A stretch of DNA of 49,179 nt from Candidatus Microgenomates bacterium (GTDB lineage Bacteria; Patescibacteriota; Microgenomatia; UBA8517): the NCBI GenBank assembly GCA_049523135.1, contig JBEKNE010000001.1, positions 717,234 through 766,412 on the forward strand, read 5' to 3'. Below are positions 29,138 to 37,465 of this stretch, in pieces (position 1 is the first letter of the stretch; each line of letters begins with the position of its first letter). The notes under the pieces are model-generated. The model searched no databases. It saw only the letters and a list, made by a program, of their open reading frames with translations, and was not told the DNA's origin. The position numbers and the translations under genes are program-made.

Positions 29138-31066
29138 ATGCAGATAGCTAACCTGTTCCAAAAAATCGAAAAATACTTACTGTTTATAGGAGTATCTTTA
29201 TTTGCCGTTTTCGTTTTTCCCCGATTCCCGTCGCCATACATCGTACCAAAAGAAATTTTTGCTGCAGTCATCATTTCACTTGTCTTAATTCTCTGTTCGG
29301 TCAGGTCAATTATCAAAGGCGAATCCCCTCTTTTCATCGGAAAATTTGATTTGGGAGTAGCACTCTTCGCTTTGGTTTATATCTTAGCCGCGGCTTTTAT
29401 GACTCCCAACAAAATGGAGGCCTTCTTCTACCCCGGAACCGTAACTTTTGTAATCATTTCGGTCCTCTTTTATTTCCTAATTAATCAGCTGGATAAAAAA
29501 GGAAAAGATTTAATACTTATCGGGATTTTTGCCTCCGGAATTTTTCTTTCCATCTCAATTCTTTTTACGGAACTTGGACTTTTTGCAAAAATTCCGTTTC
29601 TCCCTTCTTTTATTAAAGATTCCGGTTTCAATGCTCTTGGCAACTGGCTCCCGTCCGTAATTTACCTAACCGCCTTACTTCCCATTGGAATTGGTTTAAT
29701 TATTAAGGATAAAGACATTGTCAAAAGAATATTTTACGGAGTCGCTTCCACAGTAATTGTGTTTGGTCTTGTGGTTGCTGTGGTTACAATCCTACCCGGA
29801 AAGGCACAATCTCCCATTCTCCCGGATATACAAACTTCGTGGGAGGTTGCCGTAGAAACTCTAAAGGTTAGCCCGATCTTGGGAATAGGAACCGGGAACT
29901 ATCTAACAGCCTTTAATCTTTACAGATCGGTTTCTTACAATATGACAAATCTCTGGCAAATAAGATTTTCATCCTCCGATAACTTCTATTTCACTTTGCT
30001 TACCGAAGCCGGATTTGCAGGACTTGCCGCGCTGATCATACTAATGATTGAAATTTACAACAAATTCAAAACCGATCTTACAAAGAAATATTGGGAAGAA
30101 ATCTCGGTAATCGTAATTTTCGTTTTATTCCTCGTTTTTCCGTCCGCTTCGGCACTTCTCTTCCTCCTGATGGTTCTTTTGGCTATCTTTTCAGGATCGG
30201 AGGAAAAGAAGATAAATATTGCCATGAGTAGAATTCCTTCCGCAATTGTCACAATTCCCGTTTTTCTCGGTATAATTGCCCTCGGATTTTTCGGAACTAA
30301 AGCAGTAGCCGCCGAGATAACCTACGAAAGGTCCCTTGTTGCCCTAACCAATAATGACGCAAAAGGAACTTATACTCTAATGACACAGGCTGTTACCCAA
30401 AATCCTTATGTTGACAGGTATCACGCTTCCCTTGCTCAAGTTGATATGGCTCTTGCCACCTCAATTGCCAGTAACCAAAATCTCACTGATACCGACCGCT
30501 CAACAATTACCCAACTTATTCAGCAAGCCATAAATGAAGGCAAGGCAAACGTAACCCTTAACCCGGAAAGATCCGGAAACTGGGAATCTTTGGGGCAAAT
30601 TTATCGAAGCATAATGTCTTTTGCACAGGGTGCCGACCAATTCACAATTCAAGCCTTTATCCAAGCCATTGCTCTTGACCCGACAAATCCTAACCTCAGA
30701 ATTGAACTTGGCGGAGCCTACTATGCCCTCGGAAGATATAGCGATGCAATCGATTCTTTCAAATTGGCAACTCTTGCTAAAAGCGATCTTGCCAATGCTT
30801 ATTACAACCTTGCAATTGCTTATCGCGAAAATAAGGATTATGACAATGCGATAACGGCAATGAATACAGTATTAACTCTGGTTGATAAAAACTCTTCCGA
30901 TTACACTCTGGCCAAAAGCACACTGGACAATTTGCAAAAGAATAAGCCGGTTACAACAACCAGTAGCACTCAGGGAAATCTGACAACTCCCGAAAAGCAA
31001 ACAACAACAGTCAAACCTCCTCTTACACTACCTTCCGAGGCAACTCCTCCAGCCACAAATCAATAA
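29138..31066 (+). CDS. O-antigen ligase/O-oligosaccharyltransferase-like multi-TM protein with C-terminal TPRs
   Basis: ~12 TM segments; PILGIGTGNY...NFYFTLLTEAGFAGL Wzy_C-like signature; TPR-like repeats (AIALDPTNPNLRIELGGAYYALGRY). Confidence 0.82.
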   Translation: MQIANLFQKIEKYLLFIGVSLFAVFVFPRFPSPYIVPKEIFAAVIISLVLILCSVRSIIKGESPLFIGKFDLGVALFALVYILAAAFMTPNKMEAFFYPGTVTFVIISVLFYFLINQLDKKGKDLILIGIFASGIFLSISILFTELGLFAKIPFLPSFIKDSGFNALGNWLPSVIYLTALLPIGIGLIIKDKDIVKRIFYGVASTVIVFGLVVAVVTILPGKAQSPILPDIQTSWEVAVETLKVSPILGIGTGNYLTAFNLYRSVSYNMTNLWQIRFSSSDNFYFTLLTEAGFAGLAALIILMIEIYNKFKTDLTKKYWEEISVIVIFVLFLVFPSASALLFLLMVLLAIFSGSEEKKINIAMSRIPSAIVTIPVFLGIIALGFFGTKAVAAEITYERSLVALTNNDAKGTYTLMTQAVTQNPYVDRYHASLAQVDMALATSIASNQNLTDTDRSTITQLIQQAINEGKANVTLNPERSGNWESLGQIYRSIMSFAQGADQFTIQAFIQAIALDPTNPNLRIELGGAYYALGRYSDAIDSFKLATLAKSDLANAYYNLAIAYRENKDYDNAITAMNTVLTLVDKNSSDYTLAKSTLDNLQKNKPVTTTSSTQGNLTTPEKQTTTVKPPLTLPSEATPPATNQ

Positions 31067-31070
31067 ATTT

Positions 31071-31079
31071 TGATATAAT
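31071..31079 (+). promoter_or_regulatory. extended -10 promoter (TG-A-TATAAT) for tRNA-Ala
   Basis: Perfect TGnTATAAT 12 nt upstream of the tRNA. Confidence 0.65.
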
Positions 31080-31091
31080 TCAAGTGTCCAT

Positions 31092-31162
31092 GGGCCGTTA
31101 GTACAGTGGTAATACATCGCATTCGCATTGCGAAGACGGGAGTTCGATTCCCCCACGGTCCA
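31092..31162 (+). tRNA. tRNA-Ala(CGC)
   Basis: Acceptor GGGCCGT/ACGGTCC with G3:U70 Ala identity pair, anticodon loop TT-CGC-AT, discriminator A. Confidence 0.93.
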
Positions 31163-31256
31163 CTTTTTAGTTTTGGCTCGGCACAAAATACCAAAACTTT
31201 GAGGCTAAAATTCTAAAATCATTCACGTCTAAACTCTTGTAATGTCTATCAGATGC

Positions 31257-31514
31257 CTAGCTTAAACCTTCATGAATAAATTGTTTAATAAGTGTTTGGT
31301 ATGGAACATCATTCTGGTGAGCTTTAATTTTCACTCTATCGAGAAGGGACTCCGGCATCCTTATTGTAATCGGAACCGAAGATAACTTTAAGTTCGGAAA
31401 GACCCATTTTTCAGCTTTGGAGTAATCCACATATTCAGTAGAATCAACTCTTTGCCAGAATTTTCGTTCTTCTGCCTCACTCTCAAATTTAGGAATTCTT
31501 TTTAGCTTTTTCAT
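31257..31514 (-). CDS. BrnA/CopG-like antitoxin
   Basis: IPKFESEAEERKFW...DSTEYVD...ITIRMPESLLDRVK..A....VPYQTLIK; GAGGAGG SD 9 nt before ATG 31514. Confidence 0.85.
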   Translation of the reverse strand: MKKLKRIPKFESEAEERKFWQRVDSTEYVDYSKAEKWVFPNLKLSSVPITIRMPESLLDRVKIKAHQNDVPYQTLIKQFIHEGLS

Positions 31515-31794
31515 ATTTTTCAACCTCCTCTCTATGCATCCTTCTTGCAGATATAATTCGAATCTTTTTACCTCTCATCGTAAAAACTACAAATAAATTT
31601 CTCTTTGACTGACTCTTGCCTAAAATTATAAATCTCTCTTCCTTTTGTGAATATTTTACATCGGTAATGACATATGATTCTTCACTTATAAATACTTCCT
31701 CTGCTTCTTTGGTTGTAATACCATGTTTGAGATAACTCTTGTCTAAATTTTCTCTATCCCATTCAAATTCAATTACCTCACGCTTAATCTGCAT
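31489..31794 (-). CDS. BrnT-family toxin
   Basis: FEWDRENLDKSYLKHGIT...EERFIILG...VVFTMRGKKIRIISARRM; start ATG 31794. Confidence 0.9.
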   Translation of the reverse strand: MQIKREVIEFEWDRENLDKSYLKHGITTKEAEEVFISEESYVITDVKYSQKEERFIILGKSQSKRNLFVVFTMRGKKIRIISARRMHREEVEKYEKAKKNS

Positions 31795-31830
31795 TGTACA
31801 TATGATATATGTACAAATTTTATTTGTCAA
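31794..31830 (-). promoter_or_regulatory. brnTA promoter TTGACA-N17-TATCAT overlapped by a 10-3-10 inverted-repeat operator
   Basis: TTGACA 31830-31825, TATCAT 31807-31802; IR TTGTACATAT (31794-31803) / ATATGTACAA (31807-31816). Confidence 0.8.
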
Positions 31831-31899
31831 GAATCAAACATGTACTTGTCCTAAATCTGTGCGTAAAAAGTTCTGACATCACTCACGACTTTCCACAAT

Positions 31900-33006
31900 C
31901 TATTTCAAATAATCCAGAGGGTTAACATGAACTCCGTTTAGAATGATTTCAAAGTGAGTGTGAGGCCCTGTAGAGTGTCCCGTAGATCCCATTCTGCCGA
32001 TTACCTGTCCCTTGGCAACAGTTTGCCCGACCACAACCATAATTTGGCTTAAGTGAGCATAGAGAGTCTTATAACCGTTGCCGTGATCAATCATTACCAT
32101 ATTTCCGTATCCTGTCGTGTCCCAGCCGGCGTGGACAACCGTTCCTGAATCGGCTGCAACATCCAGTGGCTCTGCCGGGTTGGCAATATCGATAGCAGGA
32201 TGATACCAACTGAAGTACTGGGTAATAATTCCCTGTGTGGGCCAGACAAACTGCCCTGAGGCGGTAACTGATCCGGCACCTGGCGTCATTTGTCTCGGTC
32301 TTGGAGTGGCGGCAATACCTGTCGGCATAACTCCATCAGGAACTATTACCGTTTCTCCAATCGCAAGCTCAAAAGTTTCATCATTGGTGAAAGTATTAAA
32401 AGGAAAATCAACTATAGCCTGAGCTTCTGCATCATACTTACTAGCAATAGAATAAACCGTATCACCTTTGGCAACCGTATGGGCAACACCCGTTACCGGC
32501 AATATTTTAAGATCCTGCCCGACCTTTATTTTGTCCCCCGAAAGGTTGTTTGCCCAGCGAATTGTGTCGGCGGATATTCCGAATTTATTGGCAATTGAAG
32601 CCACCGTATCGCCATCCTGAACTTGATAATCAATTATACTGTCTCTGACTTTATCCGATATTTGCGTATCTATGCTGGAACTATCGGTCGCAGCCGAAAG
32701 AACCGACGGAGCGGCTGAAATTTCCCACGGGTTTACGGAATTTCCGGGAAATTGCTGGGCAATCAGAGGAGCCATCATAATTCCGAGTGCCGCAATTGCG
32801 GCCATGCCGGAATGGGAAAGGGTTCTGGAAAGCTTTCCGCGTTTTCTGTAAAGAGCAGTAACAACCAATCCTTTTCTTTCTTCAAGTTTCAAGAAACTAA
32901 GGTGAAGGCTTTTAAAAGTAAAATTAATAAGTTCAATAAAAAAAATCTTTATATCCTGCCAAAGTTCAGTTAATGCCTCAAAAGTTTCGTCCATGCAAGA
33001 GTACAT
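31900..33006 (-). CDS. LysM x2 + M23 peptidase
   Basis: YQVQDGDTVASIA and HTVAKGDTVYSIA LysM units; HPAIDI, YAHLS, GHSTGPHTHF M23 motifs. Confidence 0.93.
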   Translation of the reverse strand: MYSCMDETFEALTELWQDIKIFFIELINFTFKSLHLSFLKLEERKGLVVTALYRKRGKLSRTLSHSGMAAIAALGIMMAPLIAQQFPGNSVNPWEISAAPSVLSAATDSSSIDTQISDKVRDSIIDYQVQDGDTVASIANKFGISADTIRWANNLSGDKIKVGQDLKILPVTGVAHTVAKGDTVYSIASKYDAEAQAIVDFPFNTFTNDETFELAIGETVIVPDGVMPTGIAATPRPRQMTPGAGSVTASGQFVWPTQGIITQYFSWYHPAIDIANPAEPLDVAADSGTVVHAGWDTTGYGNMVMIDHGNGYKTLYAHLSQIMVVVGQTVAKGQVIGRMGSTGHSTGPHTHFEIILNGVHVNPLDYLK

Positions 33007-33080
33007 GGTACCCTATGAAAACAACCGAAGCAAATTATATTGAAGAACAAAAAAAGTACTCACAAAAGAATAAAGTCAGA

Positions 33081-33818
33081 TTACCAAAGCTTATAGATAA
33101 CGGTAACGACTTTTGTTACATTAAATACTCCACTCTGAGTACTGCCCTGGGCTTGGGCAGAAGTTGCACTTGTACCGCTAGTTGATGTGGCAGAAGAGGT
33201 GGTTGAGGACTCTGACACAGAAACAATTTTTCTAATAAGCTTCCAGTTCCTTAACGCAATCTTGGAAATCTGTGAATTTGCATCATCAATTGCCAGATTC
33301 ATCGCCTGAACTTCAAGAGTCTCTTGATTATCAACCGAAAGAACCGGCTGTGAGACTACATAAACTCCGTTTGAATACAATGTTGAAATTAGATCATTAA
33401 TCCCGGAAACTCCCGGCATCTTAACTTCCATCGTAATTGAAGCTTGAAATCCCGTTGCACCGGTAGTAATTAAATTCGCAGGAACTACAGTGACCTGCGA
33501 GCTGGAAATATTTTCTGCAACTATTCCCCTACCGATAAGAAGCTGTTTAATTGCATCCGCTTTTGCCTGTACTCCGGAAATTGCTCCTTGCACAGCAGGA
33601 TCGGATGAGGTTACGGAAAAATCAATTGTTGCATTTGAAGCCGTAACACTCACATTCCCAGTCCCGGTAACGCTTACAAGCATCGGAGAGGAAAGATATG
33701 TCCAAAAAACCATTAAAAGAACAATCCCCAGAACAATTAAAAGCTTTTTCTTTAATCCTGAAGAAACTTTTGGCTCTTCAGGACCGTAATTGGCAGTAAA
33801 GGCAGGTTGAGGATCCAT
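33081..33818 (-). CDS. SIMPL (DUF541) domain membrane-anchored protein
   Basis: TM then VSVTGTGNVSV..SNATIDFSV, AMNLAIDDA, VVTVIYKL. Confidence 0.78.
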   Translation of the reverse strand: MDPQPAFTANYGPEEPKVSSGLKKKLLIVLGIVLLMVFWTYLSSPMLVSVTGTGNVSVTASNATIDFSVTSSDPAVQGAISGVQAKADAIKQLLIGRGIVAENISSSQVTVVPANLITTGATGFQASITMEVKMPGVSGINDLISTLYSNGVYVVSQPVLSVDNQETLEVQAMNLAIDDANSQISKIALRNWKLIRKIVSVSESSTTSSATSTSGTSATSAQAQGSTQSGVFNVTKVVTVIYKLW

Positions 33819-33917
33819 ACATTTAATATGAATTAATATGAATTTTAAGTCAAGGGTCAGTACTATTGTTGTAAAAAGGCATTGATTGAAGTACTGGTTT
33901 GTATTAAATTGTTCTTA

Positions 33918-36900
33918 ATGCCCAAGTTCAAAAAATACGAAAGAGGCTTTACTACTAGTTCCCTAAGCCTGATGGCTATTGGATTTCTAACTCTCTCCCT
34001 TGTTGCGGTAACTGTCGTAATAAACAATCAGAATTTCTTCATAAATCTTTTTTCCCACGCGGCAACAAAATGTAGCAGCAGTCAAGTTTATTGTGCAGGA
34101 TGTGGAGGTTTTTGCTTGGACGATACTTCTAAAGTCGGCTGCAATGTGGCTCAAGAGCAAAAGTGTGGCCAACAGGCGCAATACGGTTCAACGGTTGCAC
34201 AGGTGGTTGCCTGCCCGGGTAAAACTCAGTGTACTTGCAATGGAAGTACTGTCTGTTTTAACACAACCGGTTCTTGTACGGCAAGTGATGGTCTCTGTGC
34301 ACTTGTAAAAAGCACCGGCAACTCTTCAAGCAGTAATAGTAGCAATACTCAAACAGGATCAAGTTCCGTTTCCGGATGTATTGGTGAAGGCGGAACCGTG
34401 GCAAACGGCAGTTCACCCTGCTGCAGCGGCTTGGTACAAGCAAATTGTGTAGCAAATGGTTCTTTTTCTTACTGTATCTGTACTAATCCAAATAATGTAC
34501 CCGCACCATCTCCAACCGAAACTTGTACCGTCAGAAATTGCTCAGGCACTACTTGTGCATCAACAACAACTACTGTTTCATCAAATCAGGCTTGTCCCCC
34601 ATCAAGTTGTGCAAACGATAACGACTGCAAGAATTCAACAACATCATCATCAACTACTACTATCAACAGCGGCTCCAACAACTCTTCCACGGCCTATTGT
34701 AATGTCTCTACCCAAAATCTCGGGTGTGGAGAAGCAGGTTGTGCCAAAACCGAGATGGCACAAATCACCACAAAAGTTGATTGTACAAAAGTAACAACTT
34801 GTACTCAAAATATAAATTGCGGTGCTGTATTCAAAGCACAATGTACAAGCGGCAAAACACAATGTAATAGTAGTACCAATCTTCAAACCTGCGTAAACGG
34901 AATGTGGACTATTGGCGAGTACTGTCAATATGGATGTTCCAATTCAGCCTGCAATAAGCAAGCAAGCCAAGTAGTAGCTCAGACACAAAATCAAACTTCT
35001 ACTCAACAATCAACAACGCAAAATCCGGTAACTGCAACCACGACTCTAAAAGCAAACGGTCAGTCCTGTACTTCAAACACCGAATGTCAATCCGGACGTT
35101 GCATGACTTATAACGAACTGGCAAGCCAAGGCCCGCAAAGTCCATTAAGCCCCGGACGGGTCTGCCTTTCACCTCAAGATGAAACCAGTTTAGCAAAACT
35201 AACAAGCACAGAAACAAAAGCTGCTGTGGGAGTGACAGCGGTAGCACTTGCTGTTGGCGCACCGATGGCGATTCAAGGTTTAAGCGGAGCGGCAACTCTG
35301 GGAACGATAATAATGTCCCAGCTCCCAACATGGGTAGCTCCGGCTACGCTCCTTGCCGGCACTGCTCCGGCAGTATATTCCCTGACCAAATGCTCGATTA
35401 ATCCTGACAATTGTACAGATACGGATAAACTGAATATGTTCTTAACGGGATGGGGAATTCAACAAATATATGAAACCGGTGCTTCGGCAGGCTTAACTCA
35501 AAAGAGTGTAGCACCCGCTGCCGCCGGAGCAGTTGAAGAAACGGGAGTAAACACGGCCGCTGATCAAATATTATCTGATGATTTGGCATCCGCAAATATT
35601 ACAGCCCCCGAGTCCGTATCTGCACAAAATATTGTAGAAAAAACTTCCGTAAAAATCGGAAGTGATGGCCAGCTTTTAATTCCCGATGAAGTATCAACAC
35701 CTAATGTAGACCTTGTTTCCCTCCAACAGGGAGCCGCCGGATTAAATGAACCTGAAGCGATACCAAATAGCGGCTGGACGGAAAACTCAATATTACAAGC
35801 TAAAAATTTAAACGCTACAGGAGTGGAAAACGAGGCTATTCCCAAAAATGACTGGGTAGATAATGCAATATTGCAATATAAAAAATCTCTACTTGTGGCA
35901 CAAAATCCAATTTCGATTAGTGAAGGAATTACCGAAGAGGCCACCATTCCCGTCACCCAAACCGCCGGTGAAGCTCTTTCCGAAGCTCCGGCTGCAGGTG
36001 AGGCTGTAGCACCTGTTGCTCAAGAATCTGAACCAATACCGGCAGACTTAACCCAAGTAACCACAATGCCGGACGGCGAACCTTTTGTTTCAGCTGAGGA
36101 AGCATATCAAGCAGAATCCTCCCCCGCTCTAGCAAGAAGAATAACGGATATTGAAAACCAAGTTTCGAATCTTGATGCCGAAAAGGTAGCGCAAATAATT
36201 TATGATGCCAAATATACAGACGGTTTGACTGGGCTTGTGAACAGAACCGGCTTCACAGAAGGGCTAGATCTTGAAATTGCAGATGCGACAAAAAACAGCT
36301 CGGATTTGACAATCATAACTATGGATTTAAATAAGTTTAAATCAATTAATGACGAATTCGGACATTTAACAGGTGATGATGCGCTTGTAACAGTTGCAAA
36401 CCTGCTCAAAGATAATACCAGATCAACCGATTTGGTTGTGCGGGTATCGGGAGATGAGTTTGCTCTCATCCTCCCCCAAACCAATGAAGAACAAGCCCAA
36501 ATTGTGTTGCAAAAAATACAAAGTGCTTTAGATGCTCAAAAAGCGGCGGCTGATGCGGATAGCTATATACAAAAGATAAACATAGATGCAGGTATCAAGC
36601 AATGGTCCCAAGATGACAATATCGACGATTACCTTAAAGACTTAGATAGGACAATGTATGATCAAAAAAGAGGAATTTCCAACGAAAACCAACCAGTCCA
36701 GACACAGGTTACAGAAAATGTATCCAACAACAATCAAGTAGGCCAAACAACATCAAAATCCCTAGCACAAAGAGTGACAGATGGTATTAAAGGAACCTTT
36801 CAAAATATTACATTAAACTTTAGTAATTCTCTAAATTTCTCCGAAGCAGAGGATAATACTTGGAACATACTAACAGGTTCAACTCCAGACAATTCTATTT

Positions 36901-37463
36901 CCACCCAAGAGGTAGATCAAGTCGCTGCTGATACAAATAAGCCAAGTAACAATTTACTTTCTTGGTTTAACGATAAAATTATTAATCCTATCCAAGATAA
37001 AATATTAAGTCCACCTGTTGAAGGAACTCTTACAGATCCAGGAAATCTCAAAAACCAAGACTTAGTAAATGCATGGCGAAGACCAGTAGAAAACAATATG
37101 GATCCAAAAATGAACTATCCAATACAATATCTTGAAACAAAAGCCAATAGACTAGAAGGAGTAGCATTTGATCCTTCAGGGGTTAAGATGTTGGGTAAAC
37201 AAACATATGCAGGAAGACAGATCTTGGAACTTAATCTACCCACAGGTGATGATATCCTAATGTACCGGTCAACCGGTACAAATACACATCAATTAAAACA
37301 GGAGGGTGATTGGATCCCAATAGCCGGATTTGCAAAAAATGACTGGTTTATAAAAACACGAGACGTGATTAATCTTGTAAAGAATGAAGGATCGACTTAT
37401 TTAACAAATCTTTCAAACTATCTTAGCGCTAATGAGGGTATGTATTTTAGCGATTTTAAATAA
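33918..37463 (+). CDS. Multidomain protein: prepilin-like leader/TM, Cys-rich region, hydrophobic segment, GGDEF domain, unknown C-terminal domain
   Basis: MPKFKKYERG-FTT + TM; dense Cys clusters; TDGLTGLVNR, MDLNKFKSINDEFGHLTGD, RSTD-LVVRV-SGDEF. Start moved to ATG 33918. Confidence 0.85.
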   Translation: MPKFKKYERGFTTSSLSLMAIGFLTLSLVAVTVVINNQNFFINLFSHAATKCSSSQVYCAGCGGFCLDDTSKVGCNVAQEQKCGQQAQYGSTVAQVVACPGKTQCTCNGSTVCFNTTGSCTASDGLCALVKSTGNSSSSNSSNTQTGSSSVSGCIGEGGTVANGSSPCCSGLVQANCVANGSFSYCICTNPNNVPAPSPTETCTVRNCSGTTCASTTTTVSSNQACPPSSCANDNDCKNSTTSSSTTTINSGSNNSSTAYCNVSTQNLGCGEAGCAKTEMAQITTKVDCTKVTTCTQNINCGAVFKAQCTSGKTQCNSSTNLQTCVNGMWTIGEYCQYGCSNSACNKQASQVVAQTQNQTSTQQSTTQNPVTATTTLKANGQSCTSNTECQSGRCMTYNELASQGPQSPLSPGRVCLSPQDETSLAKLTSTETKAAVGVTAVALAVGAPMAIQGLSGAATLGTIIMSQLPTWVAPATLLAGTAPAVYSLTKCSINPDNCTDTDKLNMFLTGWGIQQIYETGASAGLTQKSVAPAAAGAVEETGVNTAADQILSDDLASANITAPESVSAQNIVEKTSVKIGSDGQLLIPDEVSTPNVDLVSLQQGAAGLNEPEAIPNSGWTENSILQAKNLNATGVENEAIPKNDWVDNAILQYKKSLLVAQNPISISEGITEEATIPVTQTAGEALSEAPAAGEAVAPVAQESEPIPADLTQVTTMPDGEPFVSAEEAYQAESSPALARRITDIENQVSNLDAEKVAQIIYDAKYTDGLTGLVNRTGFTEGLDLEIADATKNSSDLTIITMDLNKFKSINDEFGHLTGDDALVTVANLLKDNTRSTDLVVRVSGDEFALILPQTNEEQAQIVLQKIQSALDAQKAAADADSYIQKINIDAGIKQWSQDDNIDDYLKDLDRTMYDQKRGISNENQPVQTQVTENVSNNNQVGQTTSKSLAQRVTDGIKGTFQNITLNFSNSLNFSEAEDNTWNILTGSTPDNSISTQEVDQVAADTNKPSNNLLSWFNDKIINPIQDKILSPPVEGTLTDPGNLKNQDLVNAWRRPVENNMDPKMNYPIQYLETKANRLEGVAFDPSGVKMLGKQTYAGRQILELNLPTGDDILMYRSTGTNTHQLKQEGDWIPIAGFAKNDWFIKTRDVINLVKNEGSTYLTNLSNYLSANEGMYFSDFK

Positions 37464-37465
37464 AC

